Positions 50,777 through 61,668 of a stretch of DNA of 64,000 nt are shown here, in pieces. The notes under the pieces are model-generated. The model saw only the letters and a list, made by a program, of their open reading frames with translations, was not told the origin of the DNA and made no database searches. Origin of the DNA: Niveibacterium sp. (GTDB taxonomy: Bacteria > Pseudomonadota > Gammaproteobacteria > Burkholderiales > Rhodocyclaceae); assembly GCA_031555325.1 (NCBI GenBank), contig JAVBUM010000031.1, positions 743 through 64,742 of the forward strand. The letters are read 5' to 3'. Both the position numbers and the translations under genes were made by a program. Numbering within the stretch: the stretch's first letter is position 1; each line of letters opens with the position of its first letter.

Positions 50777-51747
50777 GGCAACAGAATGGTCGAACCCATC
50801 GTTTTACGGGCTTCGAGATCACGATGCGCTTGGGCCGCATCGGCCAGTCCGTAACGCTGGCGTACTTCGATCTCCACCGTTCCCGATACCACCACATCAA
50901 AAAGATCGCGCCCCATTGATACCAGCGCCTCACGTTCCGCCGCATACCCGAACAGCGTGGGACGCGTCAGAAACAGTGAACCCATCTGCGCCAGAATGCC
51001 GATATCCAACGGCGGCACAGGCCCAGAGGCATTTCCATAGCTCACCATCAAGCCGCGCGGCTGCAGGCACGCCAAGGAATCCATGAAGGTATCGCGGCCG
51101 ATCGAGTCATAAACGACCGGCACCCCCTTGCCGCCAGTGATCTCGCGTACCCGCTCGCTGACCTTCTCGGTACGGTACAGGATGGTGTGATCACAGCCAT
51201 GGGTGCGCGCAAGTGCCGCTTTTTCTTCTGTACCAACCGTGCCAATAACGGTCGCCCCCAAGGCCTTGGCCCACTGGCACACAATCAAACCCACGCCGCC
51301 AGCTGCAGCATGGATCAGGATCGTATCGCCCGCTTGCACGCCGTAAGTCTGTCGTAGCAGATACTGGGCGGTCAGCCCCGCAAGCATCATCGCGGCACCG
51401 GTGTCGAAATCGATCGAATCAGGTAATCGCAGCAAGAGGTTCGCCGGCATACACCGCGTTTCGGCGTAGGCACCGATCGGTCCACCGGCATAAGCCACGC
51501 GATCGCCCACGGCAAAGAGTTCGACCCCCTCACCTACAGCATCGACAACCCCGGCCGCTTCAAGTCCGATACCCGATGGCAGCGGCACTGGATAGAGGCC
51601 AGTACGATGATAGGTGTCGATGTAATTAAGTCCGAGTGCGTGATGCCGCAACCGGACTTCACCCGCGCCTGGTTCTGCAACCGGAACGTCTTCGAGTTTA
51701 AGGACGTCGGGGCCGCCAATTTCATGGAAACGGATAGCCTTGCTCAT
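50773..51747 (-). CDS. qor: NADPH:quinone oxidoreductase (zeta-crystallin family)
   Basis: GLNYID, HAAAGGVG, YDSIG, SYGNASG, RKTMGS. Confidence 0.95.
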   Translation of the reverse strand: MSKAIRFHEIGGPDVLKLEDVPVAEPGAGEVRLRHHALGLNYIDTYHRTGLYPVPLPSGIGLEAAGVVDAVGEGVELFAVGDRVAYAGGPIGAYAETRCMPANLLLRLPDSIDFDTGAAMMLAGLTAQYLLRQTYGVQAGDTILIHAAAGGVGLIVCQWAKALGATVIGTVGTEEKAALARTHGCDHTILYRTEKVSERVREITGGKGVPVVYDSIGRDTFMDSLACLQPRGLMVSYGNASGPVPPLDIGILAQMGSLFLTRPTLFGYAAEREALVSMGRDLFDVVVSGTVEIEVRQRYGLADAAQAHRDLEARKTMGSTILLP

Positions 51748-51780
51748 TCCCTTCTCCCGTAGAACCGCGGGCACTAAAGC

Positions 51781-54075
51781 TCAGCGTCCGCCCATCGCAT
51801 CAGCTGCGGCTTGCGCTACCGCCACAGCTGTGATGTTGACCAGCCGACGAACTGTTGCACTCGGCGTAAGAATCTGCACCGGACGTGCAGCACCAAGCAG
51901 GATTGGTCCAATCATCACACCGTCGCCGCCGCTGACCTTGAGCAGGTTGAATGCAATATTGGCCGCATCCAGATTCGGCATGACCAGCAGATTAGCCTCA
52001 CCCTTGAGCGTGGATCCTGGATTCACGCGTTCACGGATCTCCGGCGAGAGCGCGGCATCGCCATGCATCTCCCCGTCGGCCTCGAGGTGCGGCGCAATCT
52101 TGGCGAGAATGTCGCGGGCCTCTCGCATCTTGCGTGCAGAGGCTGAGGGCCGGCTGCCGAACGAGGAATGCGACAGCAGCGCGGCGCGCGGCTCGACGCC
52201 GAAACGTCGCAGCGCATCAGCTGCCATGCGTGCGATTTCTGCCGTCTGCTCCGCATCAGGATTTTCGTGAACGTGCGTGTCGCAGATAGCCATCATGCGG
52301 TTCGGCAGCAGCAGAAGATTCATCGCCGCAAGCAGCTTCACGCCATGGCGCATGCCAATCACGTTACTGACATGGTGCAAGTGATCAATGTAGGAACCAT
52401 AGGTTCCGCACACCATCGCGTCGGCATCGCCCCGATCAAGCAGCATGCAGCCGATTAGCGTGGGATCCCGCCGCATCTCAGCGCGAGCGATATCTGGGGT
52501 CACGCCATCGCGCACCATGCGATTGTGGTACGCAGTCCACAGCTCTCTATAGCGCGGATCATCCTCAAGATTGACGACATCGAAATCGCGCCCGGCCACG
52601 AGATTGAGACCGTATCGTTCGATCCGCATATCAATAACGGCGGGACGCCCGATCAGGATGGGTCGCGCCAAGTTCTCATCGATCACGACACGTGCTGCGC
52701 GCAGCACTCGCTCGTCCTCACCTTCGCAATAGACGACGCGCTTCTTCTCGATCGGCACCCGCTTTGCGGCAGTAAACACTGGCCGCATGATCGTGCCCGA
52801 CTGATAGACGAATTCGACAAGCTTCTGGGCGTAGGCGTCGAAGTCAGTGATGGGTCGCGTTGCCACACCCGACTCCATTGCCGCACGCGCCACCGCTGGC
52901 GCGATCTTGACGATCAGCCGCGGATCGAACGGCTTCGGGATCAGGTATTCGGGGCCAAAGCGCAGGTCACTGCCGCGATATGCCATAGCCACAACGTCGT
53001 TCTGCTCGGCACGCGCCAAGTCTGCAATTGCGCGCACACATGCGAGCTTCATCTGCTCGGTGATCCGGGTGGCCCCCACATCGAGCGCACCCCGGAAAAT
53101 GAACGGGAAGCAAAGAACGTTATTGACCTGATTCGGATAGTCCGAACGGCCTGTGGCGATGATCGCGTCCGGACGAGCCGCCTTGGCCTCCTCGGGCATG
53201 ATTTCGGGCGTCGGATTAGCGAGCGCGAAGATCAGCGGACGCTCAGCCATCCCCTTCACCATCTCCGCTGTCAGCACCCCTGGGGCCGAGAGCCCCAAAA
53301 ATACGTCAGCGCCATTGATGACCTCTCCAAGCGTACGTGCCGACGTGTGCTGCGCATAGCGCGCCTTGGTGGGCTCCATGCGCGCTTCGCGGCCAGCCCA
53401 AATAACGCCCCGCGAATCGCAGACGAACACGTTTTCACGCTTGAGGCCCAGTTCGCACATCAGATCGAGGCAAGCAATCGCTGCCGCTCCCGCGCCGGAG
53501 CAAACCACGCGAACCTCTTCAATCTTCTTGCCGACAACTTGAAGCCCGTTGAGAAGCGCTGCCGACGAGATGATCGCCGTGCCATGCTGGTCGTCGTGAA
53601 AGACCGGGATGTTCATGCGCTCACGCAGCTTCTGCTCAATATAGAAGCACTCGGGCGCCTTGATATCTTCGAGATTGACGCCGCCGAGCGTAGGCTCCAG
53701 CGCCGCGATGATATCGATCAGCTTGTCCGGATCGTTCTCCGCCAGTTCGATGTCGAATACGTCGACACCTGCGAACTTCTTGAACAGGCAACCCTTGCCC
53801 TCCATGACGGGCTTGCCAGCGAGAGGACCAATGTTTCCGAGCCCAAGCACTGCCGTACCGTTGGTCACCACACCAACGAGGTTGCCGCGTGAAGTCAGTT
53901 CGGCAGCCTGGGCCGGGTCATCGACGATTGCGTTGCACGCTGCGGCAACGCCGGGGGAGTATGCGAGCGCAAGATCGCGCTGGTTGGTAAGCCCCTTTGT
54001 CGGGGTGACCGAGATCTTTCCCGCAGTGGGGCGGCGGTGATACTCAAGTGCCGCTTCGACGAAATCCTTGTCCAT
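51781..54075 (-). CDS. maeB: NADP-dependent malic enzyme with PTA-like C-domain
   Basis: [46 protein letters not shown]. Confidence 0.97.
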   Translation of the reverse strand: MDKDFVEAALEYHRRPTAGKISVTPTKGLTNQRDLALAYSPGVAAACNAIVDDPAQAAELTSRGNLVGVVTNGTAVLGLGNIGPLAGKPVMEGKGCLFKKFAGVDVFDIELAENDPDKLIDIIAALEPTLGGVNLEDIKAPECFYIEQKLRERMNIPVFHDDQHGTAIISSAALLNGLQVVGKKIEEVRVVCSGAGAAAIACLDLMCELGLKRENVFVCDSRGVIWAGREARMEPTKARYAQHTSARTLGEVINGADVFLGLSAPGVLTAEMVKGMAERPLIFALANPTPEIMPEEAKAARPDAIIATGRSDYPNQVNNVLCFPFIFRGALDVGATRITEQMKLACVRAIADLARAEQNDVVAMAYRGSDLRFGPEYLIPKPFDPRLIVKIAPAVARAAMESGVATRPITDFDAYAQKLVEFVYQSGTIMRPVFTAAKRVPIEKKRVVYCEGEDERVLRAARVVIDENLARPILIGRPAVIDMRIERYGLNLVAGRDFDVVNLEDDPRYRELWTAYHNRMVRDGVTPDIARAEMRRDPTLIGCMLLDRGDADAMVCGTYGSYIDHLHHVSNVIGMRHGVKLLAAMNLLLLPNRMMAICDTHVHENPDAEQTAEIARMAADALRRFGVEPRAALLSHSSFGSRPSASARKMREARDILAKIAPHLEADGEMHGDAALSPEIRERVNPGSTLKGEANLLVMPNLDAANIAFNLLKVSGGDGVMIGPILLGAARPVQILTPSATVRRLVNITAVAVAQAAADAMGGR

Positions 54076-54344
54076 TGTTTTCCAGCCTCTTTTCGATAGG
54101 GGTGCGGCCCACTGCGGCGGTGGGCCAAAGAATCGGACGAATGCTGCAATGGGGGGTGCGATGCGTTCTCACACATCGCAGTGCGCACGACCGAACCGAT
54201 AAGTTTAGCGCAGCTTGCGAGACAGGATTCGGGCGATTCAGTTGCTGGGCCAAGAAAAGCGCACCAGCGAAACCCAAACAACATCTCGTGCAGCACGGAC
54301 TTTTTGGCACAATGCGGTGGTGCACAAAACCCAGGAGATACGAC

Positions 54345-55157
54345 GTGCGACGCGTGGTGTTCAACCAAAAGGGCGGTGTAGGCAAGTCGACCATTGCCTG
54401 CAATCTCGCGGCAATTGCTGCAGCGCGGGGGCTCAGGGTACTGGTGGTGGATCTCGATCCACAGGCCAACAGCAGCCACTATCTGCTCGGCAAATCTGCT
54501 GACGAGCCGGGACGCACGATTGCGGATCTATTTGAACAAAGCCTGAGGATCCGTCTCGAATCAGACAGTGCAGCGTTGTTTATTCGCCCTACCCGTTTCG
54601 AAAGGCTCGATATCCTGCCTTCCTCCTCCACTCTCGGTGAACTGGCTGCAAAACTCGAAGCCCGCTACAAGATCTACAAGCTGCGCGATGCGTTGGCAGA
54701 ACTCGCCGGAACCTATGACGAGATCTATATCGACACACCACCCTCCCTGAACTTTTATTCGCGCTCCGCCCTGATCGCCGCCGACCGCTGCCTGATTCCA
54801 TTCGATTGCGACGACTTCTCTCGCCGAGCACTCATCGCGCTGAGGGAGAGCATTGAGGAACTGCGGTCGGACCACAATCCCGCACTGGCCGTCGAGGGTA
54901 TCGTGGTCAATCAGTTCCAGCCTCGAGCAAGCCTGCCCCGGCAGGTTGTCGCTGCACTGATCGCCGACGGACTCCCCGTACTGAAGCCGTACCTGTCGGC
55001 CTCCGTCAAGATCAAGGAATCACACCAGTTTGCAGCCCCGCTGATTCATCTGGAGCCAAACCACAAGCTGACGCAGGAATTCGCAGCTCTGTATGACGCA
55101 ATCTCGGAGCAGTCCCAACCCGTCAGCCAGACAGAAAGCCAGAAAGCAGCCGATTGA
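54345..55157 (+). CDS. ParA/Soj-family ATPase (orphan)
   Basis: AGGAG RBS plus GTG; deviant Walker [25 protein letters not shown]. Confidence 0.9.
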   Translation: MRRVVFNQKGGVGKSTIACNLAAIAAARGLRVLVVDLDPQANSSHYLLGKSADEPGRTIADLFEQSLRIRLESDSAALFIRPTRFERLDILPSSSTLGELAAKLEARYKIYKLRDALAELAGTYDEIYIDTPPSLNFYSRSALIAADRCLIPFDCDDFSRRALIALRESIEELRSDHNPALAVEGIVVNQFQPRASLPRQVVAALIADGLPVLKPYLSASVKIKESHQFAAPLIHLEPNHKLTQEFAALYDAISEQSQPVSQTESQKAAD

Positions 55158-55920
55158 AAGTTTCCGGCTGCTCAACACAGGCAAGGTGGGCAGCATCCGC
55201 AATCTGTGCGAAATGCGCTCCCGTAATCATTGACGCCAGTTCACGCGCCAAATCCGGGGGTGTTCCGACGTCATGCTCGCCGCACACAACAAGCGTCGGC
55301 GCGCGGATTGCACCGAGACGGGAACGCGTATCAAGACCAGCGATCGCCGCACAGCAACCGATATAGCCTTCGCGCGGCGTGTTCGCGATCAGTTCGCGGA
55401 TCTGCAACAACCGCTGCGGGTTTGCCGCCCGCCACGCTGGCGTGAACCACCGCTCCAGTGTCCCCTCAACAAATGGCGCCACACCTTGCGTCGCAACCAC
55501 TCGTATCCGCTCGGGCCAGCCAGCCGCTCCAACAGGCGGATAGGCTGCAAGCGTATCGGCGAGCATCAGTCGCCTGACGCGCTCGGGATACTCGAAGGCG
55601 AGATGCTGGCCGACGAAGCCGCCAATCGATATACCCACCACATCACTTTGCGTAATGCCCAGCTCGTCCCACGCACCAACCACGTCTGCCGCCAAATCGG
55701 ACAGTGAGTAAGGCGCAACCGGGACCGCGCTGCGGCCATGGCCTCGAAGATCCAAGGCGAGAACCGAGTACTGCGTCGACAGCTTGGCAACTTGCGCGGA
55801 CCAGATGCTGTGGTCTACACCAAGCGCATGCAGCAGCGTCACCCAACGCCCTTGACCGCTGCGCTCTCCCCAAAGCCGAACCGCTTTCCTGGATGCTTGC
55901 ATCAGCCTCTCCACAGCCAC
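55123..55920 (-). CDS. Alpha/beta hydrolase, 3-oxoadipate enol-lactonase-like
   Basis: LHALG, DLRGHG, GISIGG nucleophile elbow, [12 protein letters not shown]. Confidence 0.85.
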   Translation of the reverse strand: MAVERLMQASRKAVRLWGERSGQGRWVTLLHALGVDHSIWSAQVAKLSTQYSVLALDLRGHGRSAVPVAPYSLSDLAADVVGAWDELGITQSDVVGISIGGFVGQHLAFEYPERVRRLMLADTLAAYPPVGAAGWPERIRVVATQGVAPFVEGTLERWFTPAWRAANPQRLLQIRELIANTPREGYIGCCAAIAGLDTRSRLGAIRAPTLVVCGEHDVGTPPDLARELASMITGAHFAQIADAAHLACVEQPETFNRLLSGFLSG

Positions 55921-56155
55921 AAAAACGTGAATGATCAGGTGTTTCTATAAGACGCCCGCGTCAACACCAATCTGACCATCGAGCATTTCTTAAGAATTTC
56001 AGCCCAACCTAGATCATGGTGCCTTTTTGTGCCATCTCTAACATGTGCAGCCAAACAAACGCAGGCCGCGAGTCGGCGTTCGGGCCCGAAACTTAAGTCG
56101 AGTCACAAGGCCAGTCGGAGCTGCAAGAATTTCCCTCTTGAAGCAGGAGCATATT

Positions 56156-58816
56156 ATGCCCGTCAGCACACTGGCCGACCTCGACGCATTGGTCTCACGC
56201 GTCAAAGCGGCCCAGCAGAAGTACGCCAGCTTTTCCCAAGAGCAAGTCGACCGGATCTTCCGCAACGCGGCACTTGCCGCAGCCGATGCCCGCATCCCGC
56301 TCGCCGTCCAGGCGGTGGACGAATCCGGCATGGGCATCATCGAAGACAAGGTCATCAAGAACCACTTTGCGTCCGAGTACATCTACAACAAGTACAAAGA
56401 TGAGAAGACCTGCGGCATCCTTGAGGAAGAACCCGAATTCGGCATCATGACGATTGCCGAGCCCGTGGGGATCATCTGCGGCATCGTGCCAACGACCAAC
56501 CCGACCTCCACCGCAATCTTCAAGTCACTCATCGCCCTCAAGACCCGCAACGGCATCATCTTTTCGCCGCACCCGCGCGCGCGCAAGGCTACCAACGCCG
56601 CCGCGCACCTCGTGCTTGAAGCGGCAGTCGCCGCTGGCGCACCGAAAGACATTATCGGCTGGATCGACGAACCCTCCGTCGAACTGTCCAACGCGCTCAT
56701 GCGCCACCCCGACATCAATCTGATCCTCGCCACCGGCGGCCCCGGCATGGTCAAGGCCGCATACTCGTCCGGAAAACCGGCGATCGGTGTCGGTGCAGGC
56801 AACACGCCGGCCGTCATTGACGAAACAGCCGACATCAAGCGCGCCGTCGCTTCCATCCTGATGTCGAAGACCTTCGACAATGGGGTGGTCTGCGCGTCCG
56901 AGCAATCGGTCATCGCTGTCGATGCTGTATATGACGCGGTGCGCGAGCGCTTCGCGCATCACGGTGGCCACCTGTTATCGAAGAAGGAAGCCGATGCGGT
57001 CCGCAAGGTCATCCTCGTCGAAGGCAATCTGAACGCCGCGATCGTTGGCCAGTCTGCGCTCAAGATCGCGCAGATGGCCGGCATCGAAGTGCCGCCCTAC
57101 ACCAAGGTGCTGATCGGTGAAGTGTCCGACCTGACCGAGGCGGAAGCCTTCGCGCACGAAAAGCTCTCACCTACGCTGGCAATGTACCGTGCCCGCGACT
57201 TCATGGACGCTTGCGACAAGGCGGCGGCGCTGGTTGCCCTCGGCGGCATCGGCCACACGTCTGTCCTCTACACCGACCAGGATCTGCAACCTGATCGGGT
57301 CCGCCACTTCGGTGACAGGATGAAGACCGCACGGATCCTGATCAACACACCGTCCTCGCAAGGCGGCATCGGTGATCTTTACAACTTCCGGCTTGCACCA
57401 TCACTCACGCTTGGCTGCGGTTCATGGGGCGGCAACTCGATTTCCGAGAACGTCGGCCCCAAACACCTGATCAACAAGAAAACCGTAGCAAAGCGAGCCG
57501 AGAACATGCTGTGGCACAAACTCCCCAAATCGATCTATTTCCGTCGCGGCTGCCTACCGTTCGCGCTTGAAGACCTCCAGGGCAAGAAGCGTTGCCTGAT
57601 CGTCACCGATCGCTACCTGTTCGAGAACGGCTACGTCGACGAAACGATCGATCTGCTCAAGAACCAGGGCATGGAAGTAGAAACCTTCTTCGAGGTCGCA
57701 GCCGACCCGACACTGGCCGTGGTGCGCAAAGCCCTCTCGCTCGCCAACGCGTTTCAGCCCGATGTGATCCTGGCGCTTGGCGGCGGTTCACCGATGGACG
57801 CAGCCAAGATCATGTGGGTCATGTACGAACATCCGGACGTCGCATTCGAAGACCTCGCACTGCGCTTCATGGACATCCGCAAGCGCATATACAAGTTCCC
57901 GAAACTGGGTGTGAAGGCCCAACTCGTAGCCGTTCCAACCACTTCAGGCACCGGCTCGGAAGTCACACCCTTCGCCGTGGTAACCGACGAGCAGACCGGC
58001 GTAAAGTATCCAATCGCCGACTACGAGCTGACGCCGAACATGGCGATCATCGATGCGAACCTGGTGATGAACATGCCGCGCTCGCTCACTGCCTTCGGCG
58101 GCATCGACGCGGTAACCCATGCGCTCGAAGCCTATGTGTCGGTGCTGGCCAACGAGTACTCAGACGCACACGCCCTGCAAGCCCTCAAACTACTCAAGGA
58201 ATACCTGCCGTCCTCATACGAGAACGGCGCCAAGGATCCGAAGGCGCGCGAGCAGGTCCACAACGCAGCGACGATCGCTGGCATGTCCTTCGCCAATGCG
58301 TTCCTGGGGGTGTGCCATTCGATGGCGCACAAGATCGGCGCTGAATTCCACATTGCGCATGGTCTGGCCAACGCGCTGCTGATCACAAACGTCATCCGCT
58401 ACAACGCGGCCGATATCCCGACAAAGCAGGCGGCCTTCAGCCAGTACGACCGTCCGCAGTCGGTAGCCCGTTATGCACAAATCGCTCGTCACCTCGGCAT
58501 TGAGGCACCGCGCGACCACGCACGTGTAGAGAAGCTGGTGGAATGGGTGGAAGACCTCAAGAAGCAGATCGGTATCCCAGCTTCGATCCAGGCGGCTGGC
58601 GTATCGGAAGCGGACTTTCTCGCCAAAATCGACAAGATCGCAGTTGACGCCTTCGATGACCAATGCACGGGTGCAAACCCGCGCTATCCACTGATCAGCG
58701 AACTCAAGCAGCTATTGCTCGACAGCTATTACGGTCGAGCTTATGTGGAACCCTATGAACGCGTCGGAGAACCGGCCGCCGTGGCGGAAAAGAAAGAAGG
58801 CAAGCAAGCGGCATAA
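56156..58816 (+). CDS. adhE: Bifunctional acetaldehyde-CoA/alcohol dehydrogenase
   Basis: AGGAG RBS; PTTNPTST, GVGAGN, FDNGVVCASEQ, GGGSPMDAAK, HSMAHK, HGLAN. Confidence 0.97.
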   Translation: MPVSTLADLDALVSRVKAAQQKYASFSQEQVDRIFRNAALAAADARIPLAVQAVDESGMGIIEDKVIKNHFASEYIYNKYKDEKTCGILEEEPEFGIMTIAEPVGIICGIVPTTNPTSTAIFKSLIALKTRNGIIFSPHPRARKATNAAAHLVLEAAVAAGAPKDIIGWIDEPSVELSNALMRHPDINLILATGGPGMVKAAYSSGKPAIGVGAGNTPAVIDETADIKRAVASILMSKTFDNGVVCASEQSVIAVDAVYDAVRERFAHHGGHLLSKKEADAVRKVILVEGNLNAAIVGQSALKIAQMAGIEVPPYTKVLIGEVSDLTEAEAFAHEKLSPTLAMYRARDFMDACDKAAALVALGGIGHTSVLYTDQDLQPDRVRHFGDRMKTARILINTPSSQGGIGDLYNFRLAPSLTLGCGSWGGNSISENVGPKHLINKKTVAKRAENMLWHKLPKSIYFRRGCLPFALEDLQGKKRCLIVTDRYLFENGYVDETIDLLKNQGMEVETFFEVAADPTLAVVRKALSLANAFQPDVILALGGGSPMDAAKIMWVMYEHPDVAFEDLALRFMDIRKRIYKFPKLGVKAQLVAVPTTSGTGSEVTPFAVVTDEQTGVKYPIADYELTPNMAIIDANLVMNMPRSLTAFGGIDAVTHALEAYVSVLANEYSDAHALQALKLLKEYLPSSYENGAKDPKAREQVHNAATIAGMSFANAFLGVCHSMAHKIGAEFHIAHGLANALLITNVIRYNAADIPTKQAAFSQYDRPQSVARYAQIARHLGIEAPRDHARVEKLVEWVEDLKKQIGIPASIQAAGVSEADFLAKIDKIAVDAFDDQCTGANPRYPLISELKQLLLDSYYGRAYVEPYERVGEPAAVAEKKEGKQAA

Positions 58817-58831
58817 TTTGCCAGCAAAACT

Positions 58832-58862
58832 GAAAACGCCCCGGCGACCCCGGGGCGTTTTC
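58832..58862 (+). terminator. Hairpin after adhE (probable terminator)
   Basis: GAAAACGCCCCGG...CCGGGGCGTTTTC inverted repeat. Confidence 0.8.
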
Positions 58863-58986
58863 GTATATCACTGCGCCAATCGGATACGGATCGCAGTTGC
58901 CCAGCACCTTCCAGAACCAGAGCCTGGGGCGCGCTACCCGCCCAGACAACCACTCTGCCAGGTCGCAATCCCCTCTGGAGCCAGCC

Positions 58987-59799
58987 ATGCCCGATCGCCC
59001 CATCGTCGAGAAGTCCGCAACCAGCGGATACAAGAAATCCACCCTGCTTGAGCAGGATCCTGCTCGCTACATCCTGCGTTGCGTTCTCGCCGGGATGTAC
59101 CTATCGATTGTGGTGCTTGTTTTCTGGTCAATCACCCACAACATGAGCGACCCCTCCGTCGGCAAGCTCCTGGGTTCTTCCTTCTTCGGGGTCGGCCTGT
59201 CGATCATCGTATTCACGAACTCCGAGCTATTCACCAGCAACAACATGTACATGGCCGTCTCATCAGCGGAAGGCCGCACGAGCTGGACGCAGAGCGTGAA
59301 ATTGTGGACGGTCTGCTGGCTCGGCAATTTCGTTGGAGCAGTGCTACTCGCACTAATCCTTGCGGGTGCTGGTGTGCTGGCAGAACTCCCCCCTGACCAC
59401 GCGCTCTACAGTGGCGCTCTGCACAAGGTTCACCAGAGCGCCAGCGCCATCTTCTTCAAAGGCATCCTGGCAAACTGGGTCGTCTGCCTTGCCGTTTGGA
59501 TGTCGCTGCAGATGAAGGAGGAAGTAGCCAAATTGCTTTCCCTGATTCTTGTGGTGTTCATCTTCCTCTATCTCGGTTTTGAACACTCCATCGCCAACAT
59601 GGGCACATTTTCGATGGCATTGCTTGGGGGACACAGCACGCTTACCCTGGAAGAAGCGGCTTTCAACCTGCTTTTCAGCACTGCAGGCAACATCATCGGC
59701 GGAGCGGTCTTTGTCGGGCTGCCCTACCGTTTCCTCAGCCCCGGGGCACGCCATCTGACACATAACGAAGCTCAGGGCGTGGGACTGAAACACCCATGA
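58987..59799 (+). CDS. Formate/nitrite transporter (FNT) family channel
   Basis: GGAG RBS; LAGMYLSI, SELFTSN, GILANWVVCLAVW, FEHSIANM, GNIIGG. Confidence 0.93.
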   Translation: MPDRPIVEKSATSGYKKSTLLEQDPARYILRCVLAGMYLSIVVLVFWSITHNMSDPSVGKLLGSSFFGVGLSIIVFTNSELFTSNNMYMAVSSAEGRTSWTQSVKLWTVCWLGNFVGAVLLALILAGAGVLAELPPDHALYSGALHKVHQSASAIFFKGILANWVVCLAVWMSLQMKEEVAKLLSLILVVFIFLYLGFEHSIANMGTFSMALLGGHSTLTLEEAAFNLLFSTAGNIIGGAVFVGLPYRFLSPGARHLTHNEAQGVGLKHP

Positions 59800-59961
59800 A
59801 GTCTTGACACTTCCTGAGACGCTACGGAGAGGTTGCGGCACCAGAAAAATCTGATCAAAAGCGTGAAAAATTCACGTTAACCCTAATCAAGCCCTTTCGC
59901 CTTAGTCCGTTAGATGACCATCCAGGCGGCTTTGACAGCCAAACCCTCAACGGAGGTCTTC

Positions 59962-61575
59962 GTGAACATCGGACAACGTCTAACCGCGCTCGTTACTGGC
60001 GCGGTTGCCATTCTTCTCTTAGTCGGGGGTAATGCGCTCTACCAGTTCAAGCAGGTTGAAGCGCACGTAAACAGCCTATCAAACGTGGCGATCCGCGGCC
60101 TTGAGACAGGCTCCACCATCCGCGTGCTGTATCGCCGTGCGGAGGCCTATTCACTGCGCTACATGTTGGAAGACAACGAGGCTGATCGCGCCAAACTGAC
60201 TTCCCACATTCAGGAAACCCGCGACGAACTCACGAAAGCGTTTGCCGAGTACGACTCGTCGATCACAGACCCCCAGGATCGCTCCCTTTTCGAAGCAGCC
60301 AAGACCTCGGTCAACAATTACAACGCTATCCTCGACAAAGCCCGTGGCATTGCAAACCGCGGTAACCAGGAAGCGGCCCTTCAGATCATTAATAATGAGG
60401 GCGAAAACGCTGCTGACGCGACAACAGAGGTCATGCGAAAACTCATGGCCCACAACTCAGAAGTGGCAACCCGCGATATCAAGGCGGTCAGCGCGTTGCA
60501 GGATGAAGCGTTCGGACGCCTTGTTGCAGTGCTGGTCATTTCGATCACACTCCTCGGAATCGCCGGTTACATGCTGATCCGCAGCATCCGTCGCCCATTG
60601 ATTGAAATGCGGAGCGTGATGGACAAAGTTTGCAGCTCGCTCGACCTGACCCTTCGTGTCAACGGCTCCAAGCAGGATGAAATCGGCCAGGCAATGAGTG
60701 CATTCAACCGCCTGCTCGACAACCTCCAGACCAGCCTACGCGACATGAGCCAGAAGATCACTCAGGTGTCAGGTTCTGCCGCGGAAGTTTCCCGTACGGC
60801 CGGAGAGCTCTCCGACACGGCCGGCTATGCAAGCGAAGCCGCCTCCACAATGGCTTCGACGGTCGAAGAAGTCACTGTCTCAATCAACCATGTCGCTGAA
60901 CGCGCTATCGAAGCCGATGCACTGTCCCGCGAGTCGGGCCAGCAGGCAGCGGGCGGAGGCACCGTGATTGAGCGGACGGTAGGCGAAATCACCTCGATCG
61001 CGGGCGATGTCCGTGAGTCCGCAGGCAAGATCGCTGCGCTGCAAGCACAGACGGAGAGCATCGGCGCCGTTGTAAGCACAATCAAGGAAATTGCCGACCA
61101 GACGAATCTCTTAGCGCTCAACGCGGCAATCGAGGCAGCGCGCGCTGGCGAACAAGGTCGTGGCTTCGCCGTAGTCGCAGACGAAGTAAGAAAGCTGGCT
61201 GAACGTACGACTGCTTCAACCCAAGAAATCGAGAATACGATTCTCGCAGTGCAGTCGGGCGCCGACCAGGCGGTTCTGCGCATGCAGGAAACCGTTTCCC
61301 GCGTCGAAGCCAGCGTTGAAGCCGCACGCGAAGCCGGAACGGCAATCAGCGGCATTCGCAACAGCTCTGCGGAAGTCGTCAAGCGCGTCGCAGACATCTC
61401 AAGCTCGATCCGCGAGCAGGGCGTCGCAAGCAACAGCATGGCCCAAGTAGTCGAACGCGTGGCCCAAATGTCCGAAGAGAATAGTGCCGCCGCCAGCCAA
61501 GCAGCCCAATCTTCAGCAACCCTGCAGCACCTTGCTGAAGAGATGGAGGCTACGGTCAAGCGGTATCGCGTCTGA
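59962..61575 (+). CDS. Methyl-accepting chemotaxis protein (four-helix-bundle sensor, HAMP)
   Basis: GGAGG RBS plus GTG; two TM helices; [37 protein letters not shown]. Confidence 0.96.
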   Translation: MNIGQRLTALVTGAVAILLLVGGNALYQFKQVEAHVNSLSNVAIRGLETGSTIRVLYRRAEAYSLRYMLEDNEADRAKLTSHIQETRDELTKAFAEYDSSITDPQDRSLFEAAKTSVNNYNAILDKARGIANRGNQEAALQIINNEGENAADATTEVMRKLMAHNSEVATRDIKAVSALQDEAFGRLVAVLVISITLLGIAGYMLIRSIRRPLIEMRSVMDKVCSSLDLTLRVNGSKQDEIGQAMSAFNRLLDNLQTSLRDMSQKITQVSGSAAEVSRTAGELSDTAGYASEAASTMASTVEEVTVSINHVAERAIEADALSRESGQQAAGGGTVIERTVGEITSIAGDVRESAGKIAALQAQTESIGAVVSTIKEIADQTNLLALNAAIEAARAGEQGRGFAVVADEVRKLAERTTASTQEIENTILAVQSGADQAVLRMQETVSRVEASVEAAREAGTAISGIRNSSAEVVKRVADISSSIREQGVASNSMAQVVERVAQMSEENSAAASQAAQSSATLQHLAEEMEATVKRYRV

Positions 61576-61611
61576 CCGCTGGCGCTTCGCCATTCCTGGC
61601 AAGTTCACGAA

Positions 61612-61645
61612 GAAACGCCCCCCCGCATCAGGGGGCGTTTTCCTT
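61612..61645. terminator. Hairpin between convergent MCP and SDR genes
   Basis: AAACGCCCCC...GGGGGCGTTT inverted repeat. Confidence 0.7.
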
Positions 61646-61668
61646 CATTCCCTCACAACTTCTCCTGA

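Noticed and set aside
52525-53892. 455-aa plus-strand ORF
   Set aside because: Antisense shadow of maeB with no motifs.
55921-56155. FNR or Rex box upstream of adhE
   Set aside because: No TTGAT-N4-ATCAA or TTGTGAA-N4-TTCACAA match found on inspection.
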